From an uncultured Gammaproteobacteria bacterium (lineage in GTDB: Bacteria > Pseudomonadota > Gammaproteobacteria > Magnimaribacterales > TMED112), in NCBI GenBank assembly GCA_913044115.1, contig CAJWNO010000004.1:1-40857 (forward strand): a DNA stretch of 40,857 nucleotides, read 5' to 3'. The notes below the pieces were generated by a model, which ran no database searches, was not told the DNA's origin, and saw only the letters and a program-made list of their open reading frames with translations. Position 1 is the first letter of the stretch. Every line of letters begins with the position of its first letter. The translations under genes were made by a program, and so were the position numbers. Positions 23,301-31,529 of this stretch are shown here, one piece after another.

Positions 23301-24407
23301 ATCTACAAGAGCTTCAGCTCTTGTTCTGCTAGGATCATTTCTGAGAGTGTCAGCTATATATGATCCACTATCTATGGTATTTACGTATAGAATGGAGAAC
23401 TGCTCAACTTGCTCATCTAACAACTTTTTAAGAGCAGTCTTATCAAGCAATGTGTTTGATTCATATAAAATTTCACCTGTTTCTTTATTAACTATGTCTT
23501 GACCGAGAGTTTGTCCAATAAAGTCGTCGAATTCGACTTCTATTAATCCATTTTTTTGTTTTGAGTGGTCTGCTGCAACTTTTGCATTAATTCTTTTTCC
23601 TGATGCAACCTTCTTGCCACTAACTTCTATATCGAAATCAAAAGCCTTGCCTTTCAGCTCATCGGAAGTTATGGATAGGAATATTTTGCCATTTTTAGTA
23701 ACTACATCAATTTTTTTATAGAAAGTATCAAGAATTTCTTGATCAGTCATATCAAGTGATTTCAAAATCGCTGTAGCAGGGAATTTTCTTTTTCTATCAA
23801 TCCTTGCATATATAAGATCTTTGGCATCAAATTCATAATCTAACCATGAACCTCTATAAGGAATAATTCTTGCTGCGTAGAGCACTTTTCCAGAGGCATG
23901 GGTTTTGCCTTTATCGTGATCAAAAAATACACCTGGTGATCTATGTAATTGGGAAACAACTACTCTCTCTGTTCCATTGACGACAAAACTACCGTCTTTT
24001 GTCATAACAGGAATTTCACCAAGGAAAACTCTGTCTGACATAGGTGTCCCTTTAACAGTTTTGTAGCCTGTAGCTTTGTCCATGAAGCGAAGCTGAAGAT
24101 TTACATATAATGGCACAGCATAGGATATCCCTTTCATTTTGCATTCTTGAGGGGTGTATAGGCATTCGCCTAGTTCGTAGCTGATGTAATCTAAAGCTGC
24201 ATTGCTTGATGCGCTGTTAATAGGAAAGATTGACTTGAAAACTTCTTCAAGACCACTTTCGTCTCTTTTAGCTGGGTCTGAGCCAACTTGAAGAAATTCT
24301 GCATAAGAATCAGTTTGAGTCTTAAGTAAATAAGGCAAAGACATTACATTCGGCAAAGTGCCGAATTGTCTTCGAATACGTTTTTTCTCGGTAAAAGAGT
24401 ATGTCAT
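20355..24407 (-). CDS. rpoB: RNA polymerase beta subunit
   Basis: [54 protein letters not shown]. Confidence 0.99.
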   Translation of the reverse strand: MTYSFTEKKRIRRQFGTLPNVMSLPYLLKTQTDSYAEFLQVGSDPAKRDESGLEEVFKSIFPINSASSNAALDYISYELGECLYTPQECKMKGISYAVPLYVNLQLRFMDKATGYKTVKGTPMSDRVFLGEIPVMTKDGSFVVNGTERVVVSQLHRSPGVFFDHDKGKTHASGKVLYAARIIPYRGSWLDYEFDAKDLIYARIDRKRKFPATAILKSLDMTDQEILDTFYKKIDVVTKNGKIFLSITSDELKGKAFDFDIEVSGKKVASGKRINAKVAADHSKQKNGLIEVEFDDFIGQTLGQDIVNKETGEILYESNTLLDKTALKKLLDEQVEQFSILYVNTIDSGSYIADTLRNDPSRTRAEALVDIYRMLRPGEPPTKESTEILFNNLFFSEDRYDLSDVGRMKLNWRLKIEDRSDTYVLTKEDIVAVLRKLVDIRNGKDTVDDIDHLGNRRIRSVGEMTANQLRIALVRVERAVKDRLGMAETEGYKPSDLINAKPITAAFKEFFGSSQLSQFMDQNNPLSEVTHKRRVSALGPGGLSRERAGFEVRDVHPTHYGRVCPIETPEGPNIGLINSLSTYARTDKYGFIETPYRVVKDGKVTEEIIYLSPIMESNHYIAQANIEVDKKGKIQNEFITARHQGETSLVSVGMISLMDVSPKQVLSVAASLIPFLENNDANRALMGSNMMRQAVPTLIPQKPLVGTGLERQVARDSGACVEARNSGVVDSVDGGRIVIKVSSGDNVSVDIYNLIKYTRSNQNTCVNQRPLVKKGDHVKAGDIIADGPSIDLGELAIGQNMRIAFMPWNGFNYEDSILVSERVVQEDRLTSIHIQELTCITRDTKLGMEEITSDIPGVSESALSKLDENGIVYVGAKVEAGDILVGKVTPKGESQLSPEEKLLKAIFGEKASDIKDTSLRVPSSVTGTVIDVQIFTRDGADKNPRAKSNESLMTSEFSKDLDDEMRIVTNSLKNTLIQALKKENLITTKGKVTLEAVNEMDLDALLKLKVKNKKVTDLQKNIADQFKKYQSENKEKMAIFKKKIEGGNDLAPGVLSVIKVYLAVKRKIQAGDKLAGRHGNKGVISSIIPVEDMPYDENGEPVDVVLNPLGVPSRMNVGQILETHLGLAAKGLGEKIDGMLKSKQKIESVKKVLNDIYSFGPHEKDDINSLKDQEVKELADNLRQGVPFATPVFDGANEHQIKELLKYADLPESGQFDLYDGRTGEKFDRPVTVGYMYMLKLNHLVDDKMHARSTGSYSLVTQQPLGGKAQFGGQRFGEMEVWALEAYGASYTLQEMLTVKSDDIAGRSKVYKNIVDGNYEVESGVPESFNVLSKEIKALGINLELEDSKEK

Positions 24408-24425
24408 TAAAATTGATTAGTGAGA

Positions 24426-24815
24426 CTACTTCATCTCAGCTTGTGCACCAGCTTCTTGGAGTGCTGCAACAAGTGCTTCTGCATCATCTTTACTAGCGCC
24501 TTCCTTGACAGTTTTAGGAGCGCCATCAACTAAATCTTTAGCTTCTTTTAAGCCTAAATCAGTAGCAGCTCTTACAGCTTTAATAACTGCGACTTTCTTA
24601 TCACCAGCTGCTGTTAACACAACATCATAAGCACTTTTTTCTTCTGCTTCAGCTGCATCACCTGCGTCACCACCACCTGCTCCAGCAGCCACTGGTGCTG
24701 CTGCAACTGCTGCTGCTGTTACGCCAAACTTTTCTTCGATATCAGATATAAGATCAACAAGATCCATTACTGACATATTTGATATAGATTCTAATATTTC
24801 TTCTTTAGTTGCCAT
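24426..24815 (-). CDS. rplL: 50S ribosomal protein L7/L12
   Basis: [10 protein letters not shown] hinge, KVAVIKAVR...[14 protein letters not shown]; strong SD TAAGGAG. Confidence 0.99.
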   Translation of the reverse strand: MATKEEILESISNMSVMDLVDLISDIEEKFGVTAAAVAAAPVAAGAGGGDAGDAAEAEEKSAYDVVLTAAGDKKVAVIKAVRAATDLGLKEAKDLVDGAPKTVKEGASKDDAEALVAALQEAGAQAEMK

Positions 24816-24825
24816 TATATTCTCC

Positions 24826-25347
24826 TTATTCTTTTTGCTCTTTCACACTAGTGAGTGTTCTCGCAAATTTAGAAGGAACCTCATTAATAAGAGAAGCAAT
24901 TTTACCCAAAGGTGCCTTCAAAAGTCCAGCAAATTTTGAAATAGCTTCAATAAATGTTGGTAAATTAGCTAATTTATTGATTTCAGCTGCTTCAAAGTGC
25001 TTTCCGTCTATTGATAACCCTTTAATATTGAGGTTTTCATTCTTTTTTGCGAACGATTTTAAAATTTTAGCTGCCGCACCTGGTTCTTCGTAAGAAAATG
25101 CGAGCATAGTTGGGCCATCAAGGTACTCGTCTATACCTTCATAGCTAGTTCCTTTAAGACCTAGTTTTACTAATGTATTTTTAGCTACTCTAAACTTTAC
25201 ATTAGACTTAAACCCTTCAGACCTTAATTCATTAGCTTCAGAAACTTTCAAACCCCTTGCATCTGCTAAAACTAGAGATGAAGCGTTATTTGCAAGTTCG
25301 TTAACATCCGAAACGATCTTTTTTTTGTCTTCTATACTTAGTGCCAT
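24826..25347 (-). CDS. rplJ: 50S ribosomal protein L10
   Basis: [42 protein letters not shown]. Confidence 0.98.
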   Translation of the reverse strand: MALSIEDKKKIVSDVNELANNASSLVLADARGLKVSEANELRSEGFKSNVKFRVAKNTLVKLGLKGTSYEGIDEYLDGPTMLAFSYEEPGAAAKILKSFAKKNENLNIKGLSIDGKHFEAAEINKLANLPTFIEAISKFAGLLKAPLGKIASLINEVPSKFARTLTSVKEQKE

Positions 25348-25391
25348 AAAATTTTAAAAATTTAATACGAAGACTTAGATGTCTGAAACTA

Positions 25392-25432
25392 TCTATGAAG
25401 GAAATTAAGCCTAAGCACCTTCAGTCTTCGAT
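25392..25432 (-). ncRNA. L10 leader (rplJ autoregulatory mRNA element)
   Basis: Minus strand CGAAGACTGAAGGTGCTTAGGCTTAATTTCCTTCATAGATAG matches the AAGAC.G.AGG...CUUAAU..CCU.C.UAGA pattern of the L10(L12)4-binding element; lies in the 88-nt rplA-rplJ gap. Boundaries approximate. Confidence 0.8.
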
Positions 25433-25435
25433 GTC

Positions 25436-26119
25436 TCAAAATTGAGAAACGTCAATTCTATACCCTGGACCCATAGTTGTCGAGAGGTAAATGTCTTTAA
25501 TATAGATTCCTTTTGATGAGGCTGGTTTTAATCTTTTTATTTCAGCCATAAAGGAATGTAAATTTTCGGTTAGTTTTGCTTTATCCATTGATGAATTAGC
25601 AATGGTTCCTTGTACTATACCTTCTTTTTCTGTTTTGAACCTCACCTGTCCATGCTTTACATCTTTCACTGCTTTTTCAATATTTTCTGTGACTGTTCCT
25701 GATTTTGGATTTGGCATCAACCCTTTTGGCCCAAGAACTTTGGCAAGCTTACTTACAACTTTCATCATTGATGGAGTTGTAACAGCAACATCAAAATCAA
25801 TATTTCCATCTTTATACTTTTCTAAAAGATCGTCGGTACCAATAAAATCAGCTCCAGCACTTTTTGCCTCTGTTGCTTTATCACCATCAACAAAAGCAAC
25901 AACTTTCACATCTTTTCCCAATGAATGAGGCAAAGTTAGAGAGCCTCTAACGTTCTGGTCTGATTTTTTTGGATCAATACCCAAACTTACAGCAACGTCA
26001 ACGGACTCAACAAACTTTCTTTTCGGCTGATTGGTGAGCATTTCAACTGCTTCATCAACTGACAAAGACTTCTCTAAATCTATTTGAGGTAATTCTTTTT
26101 TGTATTTTGTTTCTTTCAT
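25436..26119 (-). CDS. rplA: 50S ribosomal protein L1
   Basis: KFVESVDVAVSLGIDPKKSDQNVRG, LGPKGLMPNPKSGTVT, STTMGPG. Confidence 0.99.
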   Translation of the reverse strand: MKETKYKKELPQIDLEKSLSVDEAVEMLTNQPKRKFVESVDVAVSLGIDPKKSDQNVRGSLTLPHSLGKDVKVVAFVDGDKATEAKSAGADFIGTDDLLEKYKDGNIDFDVAVTTPSMMKVVSKLAKVLGPKGLMPNPKSGTVTENIEKAVKDVKHGQVRFKTEKEGIVQGTIANSSMDKAKLTENLHSFMAEIKRLKPASSKGIYIKDIYLSTTMGPGYRIDVSQF

Positions 26120-26547
26120 TATTCTTTGATCTCTATTCCCATGCTTCTAGCTGTGCCTGAAATAATCTTTATAGCGGCGTCTATATCATTTGCGTTCAGG
26201 TCATCCATTTTCATTTCAGCAATTTCTTGAACTTTTGATACTGGAATTTTTGCAACCTTAGCTCTGTTTGGTTCACCACTTCCTGAATCTATGCCTGCTG
26301 CTTTCTTTAATAAAACTGCAGCTGGAGGTGATTTTGTTATAAAAGTAAATGTTCTATCTTCAAATACAGTTATTTCAACTGGGACCTTTAGCCCTTTCTC
26401 CATTTCCTTTGTTTTATCATTAAAGGCATTACAAAAATCCATAATATTTAAACCATGTTGGCCTAATGCTGGGCCAACCGGTGGACTTGGATTTGCCCCG
26501 CCTGCTGGAACTTGCAGTTTAATTATTGTCATTATCTCTTTAGCCAT
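26119..26547 (-). CDS. rplK: 50S ribosomal protein L11
   Basis: [37 protein letters not shown]. Confidence 0.99.
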   Translation of the reverse strand: MAKEIMTIIKLQVPAGGANPSPPVGPALGQHGLNIMDFCNAFNDKTKEMEKGLKVPVEITVFEDRTFTFITKSPPAAVLLKKAAGIDSGSGEPNRAKVAKIPVSKVQEIAEMKMDDLNANDIDAAIKIISGTARSMGIEIKE

Positions 26548-26548
26548 A

Positions 26549-27076
26549 TTAATTCTTCTCTACTTGGGAAAAATTTAGTTCGACTGGTGTAGATTTCCCA
26601 AAAATACTAACCGAAACTCTAATAAGATTTTTCTCATAGTCAACCTCTTCTACTATTCCATTAAAATCATTGAAAGGTCCATCGTTAATTCTTACAGTTT
26701 CTCCTGATTCAAAAACAGTCTTGAAAACAGGCTGTTCTGTTGTCTCTTCGACTCTATTTGTGATTCTGCTTAATTCTCTCTCAGACAATGGTAATGGCTT
26801 ATTTTTTGAACCGCCCAGAAAACCCATAACATTTGGTGTCTTGCGAACAAGATGCCAAGTATCATCATTCATTTCCATTTGAACCAACATATAGCCTGGA
26901 AAGAATTTTCTTTCCATTTGTTTTTTTTGGCCTTTTTTGAGCTCTGTTACTTGTTCAGTCGGTATCATTATTTCTCCAAACATTTTTGAAAGACCAGACA
27001 TGTCTATTCTTTCTTCCAATGCTGCTTTGACTTTTTTTTCACAGTTTGAAAAAGCTTGTATTACGTAATATTCCAT
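26549..27076 (-). CDS. nusG: Transcription elongation factor NusG
   Basis: [51 protein letters not shown]. Confidence 0.99.
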   Translation of the reverse strand: MEYYVIQAFSNCEKKVKAALEERIDMSGLSKMFGEIMIPTEQVTELKKGQKKQMERKFFPGYMLVQMEMNDDTWHLVRKTPNVMGFLGGSKNKPLPLSERELSRITNRVEETTEQPVFKTVFESGETVRINDGPFNDFNGIVEEVDYEKNLIRVSVSIFGKSTPVELNFSQVEKN

Positions 27077-27080
27077 TAAA

Positions 27081-27428
27081 TTAACCTAATATGAATCTTG
27101 ATAAGAACGATAGGAACGAATCAAGTCCCCAGAAAACAAGGGCTAATATCAAAATCATCACTAAAACCATTATTGTCATTTGAGTAGTCTCGCCTCTGCT
27201 AGGCCAAACAACTTTAGCAATCTCAGATCTTGAGTCTGAAATTAGTTTAACTGCATTCTTGCCAAATTGTGTTTGACCAAGAATTCCCAATGAAAGTGCA
27301 AGTAATCCAAAAAGTATCAGGACCCTATAAAGCAAGCCAAGATCTTCAAGGTAAGTAAATAAAATGACTGCAGAAAACCCTGCAGTCAGTGATACTAACC
27401 ATAAAATGTTGTTTAGCGTGCTATTCAT
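27081..27428 (-). CDS. secE: Preprotein translocase subunit SecE (3-TM type)
   Basis: EIAKVVWPSRGET motif, three hydrophobic segments, between tRNA-Trp and nusG. Confidence 0.96.
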   Translation of the reverse strand: MNSTLNNILWLVSLTAGFSAVILFTYLEDLGLLYRVLILFGLLALSLGILGQTQFGKNAVKLISDSRSEIAKVVWPSRGETTQMTIMVLVMILILALVFWGLDSFLSFLSRFILG

Positions 27429-27435
27429 AATAAAC

Positions 27436-27511
27436 TGGCAGGCCCGGAGGGAATCGAACCCACAACCTGCGGTTTTGGAGACCGCCGCTCTGCCAATTGA
27501 GCTACAGGCCT
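27436..27511 (-). tRNA. tRNA-Trp (CCA)
   Basis: AGGCCTGTAGCTCAATTGGCAGAGCGGCGGTCTCCAAAACCGCAGGTTGTGGGTTCGATTCCCTCCGGGCCTGCCA; 76 nt, anticodon CCA, encoded CCA end. Confidence 0.97.
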
Positions 27512-27555
27512 TTGCGATCTCCTAAGTATATAACCTTATGTGTCTTAATAAAATA

Positions 27556-28743
27556 TTAAGAAACGATCTTAAGTACTATACCAGCTCCAACAGTTCTTCC
27601 ACCTTCACGAACTGCGAAACTTAAACCTTCTTCCATAGCAATAGGAGCTATAAGTTCACAATTTAACTCATCTACAGTATCGCCAGGCATAACCATTTCA
27701 ACTCCATCAGGCAGATTAACTTCACCAGTTACATCTGTTGTTCTGAAATAGAACTGCGGTCTATAACCTTTAAAGAATGGTGTATGTCTTCCACCTTCTT
27801 CTTTACTTAATACTGTAATTTTTGCAGTAAATTTAGTATGTGGTGTAACAGAACCTGGTACAGCAAGAACTTGTCCTCTTTCTACTTGGTCTCTTTCAAC
27901 ACCTCTAATTAATACTCCACAGTTTTCACCTGCTCTACCTTCATCGAGTGTTTTTCTAAACATCTCAACACCAGTACATGTTGTTTTTGAAGTTTCTTTA
28001 ATACCAACAATTTCTAGTTCATCACCGGTTCTAACGATACCTCTTTCAACTCTTCCAGTTACAACAGTACCTCTACCAGTAATTGTGAAAACATCTTCGA
28101 TAGGCATTAAGAATTGCTTATCAACTGGTCTTTCAGGTTGTGGAAAGTAAGAATCTAAAGATTTTACTAATTCAACAACACTCTCGACGTATTTAGCATC
28201 ACCTTCTAGAGCTTTCAGTGCACTTCCTCTAATGATAGGTGTATCATCACCTGGGAAATCATACTTATCTAACAACTCTCTTACTTCCATCTCGACAAGC
28301 TCTAATAGCTCTTCATCGTCAACCATGTCAGCTTTGTTTAGATAAACAACAATATTTGGTACACCAACTTGCTTAGCAAGAAGGATGTGTTCTCTTGTTT
28401 GAGGCATAGGACCATCAGCAGCACTCACAACTAATATTGCTCCATCCATTTGTGCAGCACCTGTAATCATGTTTTTTACATAGTCTGCGTGACCTGGACA
28501 GTCTACGTGTGCATAATGCCTATCATTACTGCTGTACTCAACGTGAGATGTAGCAATTGTAATGCCTCTTTCTTTTTCTTCAGGAGCGTTGTCGATACCG
28601 TCGAATGCTACCGCTTCGCCACCAAATGTATCTGCACAAACCTTAGTCAATGCAGCTGTTAACGTTGTCTTACCATGGTCGACGTGTCCAATTGTTCCCA
28701 CGTTGATGTGTGGTAAGCTTCTATCAAATTTTTCTCTAGCCAT
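27556..28743 (-). CDS. tuf: Elongation factor Tu
   Basis: [59 protein letters not shown]; tufB-type context behind tRNAs. Confidence 0.99.
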   Translation of the reverse strand: MAREKFDRSLPHINVGTIGHVDHGKTTLTAALTKVCADTFGGEAVAFDGIDNAPEEKERGITIATSHVEYSSNDRHYAHVDCPGHADYVKNMITGAAQMDGAILVVSAADGPMPQTREHILLAKQVGVPNIVVYLNKADMVDDEELLELVEMEVRELLDKYDFPGDDTPIIRGSALKALEGDAKYVESVVELVKSLDSYFPQPERPVDKQFLMPIEDVFTITGRGTVVTGRVERGIVRTGDELEIVGIKETSKTTCTGVEMFRKTLDEGRAGENCGVLIRGVERDQVERGQVLAVPGSVTPHTKFTAKITVLSKEEGGRHTPFFKGYRPQFYFRTTDVTGEVNLPDGVEMVMPGDTVDELNCELIAPIAMEEGLSFAVREGGRTVGAGIVLKIVS

Positions 28744-28759
28744 ATTTCCCTCTTTTGTT

Positions 28760-28835
<76 letters not shown>

Positions 28836-28900
28836 GCATATCATATACCCTAAAACGTAAAGCTTCAACCATTATATACCTTTATTAAATGGGGTAAAAA

Positions 28901-28985
<85 letters not shown>

Positions 28986-28997
28986 AAGTAGGAAAAG

Positions 28998-29039
28998 ATA
29001 TTATCAACTTAGAATTTTTTTAGTCAATACATATATAAT
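28998..29039. promoter_or_regulatory. Divergent promoter region: tRNA-Tyr/tuf operon (minus) and msrA (plus)
   Basis: Minus TTGACT (29027-29022), 18 nt, TAATAT; plus TATAAT at 29034-29039, 6 nt before the msrA ATG. Confidence 0.6.
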
Positions 29040-29045
29040 TCAACT

Positions 29046-29597
29046 ATGAAACATTTTGTTAATGGTAGAGATTTATTGGGTGTCTACCCTGAAAATACAG
29101 ATGAAATAATCCTAGGTGCAGGATGTTTTTGGGGGGTTGAAAGAGTTTTTTGGCAATTGGAAGGCATATGGGTTACCTATGCTTCATATTGTGGTGGCAA
29201 TAGACCTAATCCTAATTATGACCAAGTATGTACTGGTGTAACGGGCCACGCAGAAACAGTTAACATCATTTTTGAAAAAGATAAGATTAATCTGGAAGAA
29301 ATACTAAGGGTTTTTTGGGAATGTCACGATCCAACCCAAGGCATGAGACAAGGTAATGATATTGGTAGTCAATACAGGTCTGCAATTTTCTGCAAAGATA
29401 CACATCAATTTGAAATTGCATCAGAATCAAAAGAAAAATACCAATCAATTTTGAACGAATCAAATTTTTCGACAATTACTACAGAAATAGCAATACAAAA
29501 TACAAGCTATGCTGCCGAAGATTACCACCAACAATATCTTGCAAAGAATCCGAGCGGTTATTGTGGCATCAAAGGAACTGGATGCGCATATAAATAA
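29046..29597 (+). CDS. msrA: Peptide methionine sulfoxide reductase A
   Basis: GAGCFWGVE, VCTGVTGHAE, HDPTQGMRQGNDIGSQYRSAIF, AEDYHQQYL.KNP.GYCG. Confidence 0.98.
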   Translation: MKHFVNGRDLLGVYPENTDEIILGAGCFWGVERVFWQLEGIWVTYASYCGGNRPNPNYDQVCTGVTGHAETVNIIFEKDKINLEEILRVFWECHDPTQGMRQGNDIGSQYRSAIFCKDTHQFEIASESKEKYQSILNESNFSTITTEIAIQNTSYAAEDYHQQYLAKNPSGYCGIKGTGCAYK

Positions 29598-29622
29598 AAA
29601 AGGAGGCTAATGCCTCCTTTTT
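29596..29622. terminator. Bidirectional intrinsic terminator
   Basis: AAAAAGGAGGC-TAAT-GCCTCCTTTTT between convergent msrA and the 242-aa gene. Confidence 0.88.
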
Positions 29623-29642
29623 AAAAATGTTAAAGCTCAATA

Positions 29643-30371
29643 TTAGTCAGGGTTATATTCTTTTAATAAATAAGCCATATGAGATCTTAAAAAAGTTCTA
29701 TGTTCAGAGACATTAGAGTTGTATTCTGCAAACTCAGATGTAGTTGCATAGTTATCTAAGAAACTTAATGCTTGTTGAGGTGATGCAAAAGTACACCAAA
29801 CACTATGAGTAATACCATTTCCATTGTTACCCAAAATATGCTGTTGCACACCACAAGCATCTGCATTCCAATCGTATTTCTCTGTACTTTTTGATAACTC
29901 TTTCCAAAGTGGTAGAAACTTAACTGGATTAGATACATTCAAATCCCAATTAACAGTAACAAGCTCTGAGCCAGCTTCATCAGAAACATTTGCAGCAATG
30001 TGTCTTGTCATAGTTGCCATAGTTAATTCTGCGCCCAGCCTATTCATTGCATCTCTGAACATTAAGCCTGATTTTGATGTTGAAAAAACATTTCCTGCTG
30101 CAGCATACTCATCTGCATTTTTATAGTAGTAAGAAATTTGGTGCGTGGCTTCATTCCATCCTTGATGTTGTAATGCATATAAATCAACTTCAAGATTCAT
30201 TGCTTTAACTTCAGGCGAGTTCATGTACTTATCAAAAGCAGCAAAACATTTTTCTCCGTGATCACATTTAAATGCATAATGAGCCTGATACTTTGAAAAA
30301 TTTGCAGGCAATTCATCTGCAAAAAGTCCAAACATAAATAACGATAAAATTAGTAAAGATATTTTTTTCAT
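29643..30371 (-). CDS. Secreted hypothetical protein with two internal ~100-aa repeats
   Basis: Signal peptide MKKISLLILSLFMFGLFA; 242 aa; own promoter candidate and terminator; no family recognised with confidence. Confidence 0.85.
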   Translation of the reverse strand: MKKISLLILSLFMFGLFADELPANFSKYQAHYAFKCDHGEKCFAAFDKYMNSPEVKAMNLEVDLYALQHQGWNEATHQISYYYKNADEYAAAGNVFSTSKSGLMFRDAMNRLGAELTMATMTRHIAANVSDEAGSELVTVNWDLNVSNPVKFLPLWKELSKSTEKYDWNADACGVQQHILGNNGNGITHSVWCTFASPQQALSFLDNYATTSEFAEYNSNVSEHRTFLRSHMAYLLKEYNPD

Positions 30372-30402
30372 AAAGGTTTCCGAATATGTGTTTAAAAAAT
30401 TT

Positions 30403-30431
30403 ATATTAGCAACGAACCTCTCTTATTTGAA
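30403..30431 (-). promoter_or_regulatory. Candidate promoter for the 242-aa secreted protein gene
   Basis: TTCAAA, 17 nt, TAATAT with an extended -10 (TGcTAATAT). Confidence 0.45.
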
Positions 30432-30494
30432 GAGTGCGCTGAAATAAAATTAATCTTTAAAGAATATTTGAATTAATGTAGAATCATCATCCAA

Positions 30495-30570
30495 GCCACC
30501 TTAGCTCAGCTGGTAGAGCAACTGATTTGTAATCAGTAGGTCGTCAGTTCGACTCTGACAGGTGGCTCCA
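30495..30570 (+). tRNA. tRNA-Thr (TGT)
   Basis: GCCACCTTAGCTCAGCTGGTAGAGCAACTGATTTGTAATCAGTAGGTCGTCAGTTCGACTCTGACAGGTGGCTCCA; 76 nt; TTTAAA-17-TAGAAT upstream. Confidence 0.97.
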
Positions 30571-30581
30571 TTTCCTAAAGA

Positions 30582-30749
30582 TTAAACTATGTGATTTTCT
30601 CGAGATCGAGCAGCTGTATGAACAATGCCGCTTTTTGTCTTGTATGGTTTAGCTTTGATACCTTTTGTGCCTTCTTTAATGAACAAGAATAGACACATTG
30701 AAATTATTGAAAGACATCCTAGAAAGCCTACTATTATGTATTGAACCAT
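30582..30749 (-). CDS. Small single-pass membrane protein, 55 aa, unknown function
   Basis: Not in ORF track. MVQYIIVGFLGCLSIISMCLFLFIKEGTKGIKAKPYKTKSGIVHTAARSRENHIV; fills most of an otherwise empty 230-nt gap; TATAAT 6 nt before the ATG. Confidence 0.7.
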   Translation of the reverse strand: MVQYIIVGFLGCLSIISMCLFLFIKEGTKGIKAKPYKTKSGIVHTAARSRENHIV

Positions 30750-30800
30750 ATTTTTATTATACAGTAATTACGATTGTAATAAATTGTCAATTTAAGCTTT

Positions 30801-31529
30801 ATGCAAAGAAAAGATTTAAAAATTCTTCTTTTACAGATAAGAGATGATGCAAATGTTAGAAAAGAGGAGCTTGAAAGCTTTGCTAAATATAGTGAATTAG
30901 ACTTAGATCAATTCGAAGTGCTCAATGTTTTTGATAAGCCTAAATTTAATAGCGAAGAATTAAATGGTTTTGATGCACTTTATGTTGGTGGTGCCAGTGA
31001 AGCTAATGTGCTCGAGCCTAAAAAGTACGAATTTGTAAATGACTGTATCAGACTAATTAAATATGCTGGTGATAACAGTATTCCAACTTTTGCTTCTTGT
31101 TTTGGCTTTCAATTGGCCGTTTTGGCATTCGGCGGAACAATTCTAAGCAAAGATAGTGATTATGAAATGGGTAGCATACCCATAAGACTAACCAACCTTG
31201 CAGAAATTGATCCGGTTTTCAAGGGGACCAAAGATAATTTCAACGCACTCTCAATTCATAGGCAGTATGCTATTGAACTGCCTTCCAATTTAGATCTCTT
31301 AGCTTATACAGATCAATGTTTGCATAGTTTTAAACTGAGAAATAAACCTTTGTGGGCTTTTCAGTTTCATCCTGAAGTAGATAGGGCAACTGTCTTTAAG
31401 AGATTAGCAATATACAAAGAAGAGTACACAAATAGTGAGGATGAATTTCAAAGTGTACTGGATTCATTGGTTGAAACACCTGAATCTCATAACCTTATGC
31501 TGAATTTTGTTAACAGAGTTTTGCTTTAA
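30801..31529 (+). CDS. Stand-alone class I glutamine amidotransferase-like protein
   Basis: YVGG oxyanion strand, nucleophile elbow FASCFGFQL, FQFHPE His-Glu; no synthetase domain. Confidence 0.9.
   Translation: MQRKDLKILLLQIRDDANVRKEELESFAKYSELDLDQFEVLNVFDKPKFNSEELNGFDALYVGGASEANVLEPKKYEFVNDCIRLIKYAGDNSIPTFASCFGFQLAVLAFGGTILSKDSDYEMGSIPIRLTNLAEIDPVFKGTKDNFNALSIHRQYAIELPSNLDLLAYTDQCLHSFKLRNKPLWAFQFHPEVDRATVFKRLAIYKEEYTNSEDEFQSVLDSLVETPESHNLMLNFVNRVLL

Noticed and set aside
27436-27511. Possible UGA-recoding or suppressor tRNA-Trp
   Set aside because: Anticodon is CCA with a normal C11-G24 pair, and TGA terminates secY, rpsQ, rplD and rplA at expected positions.
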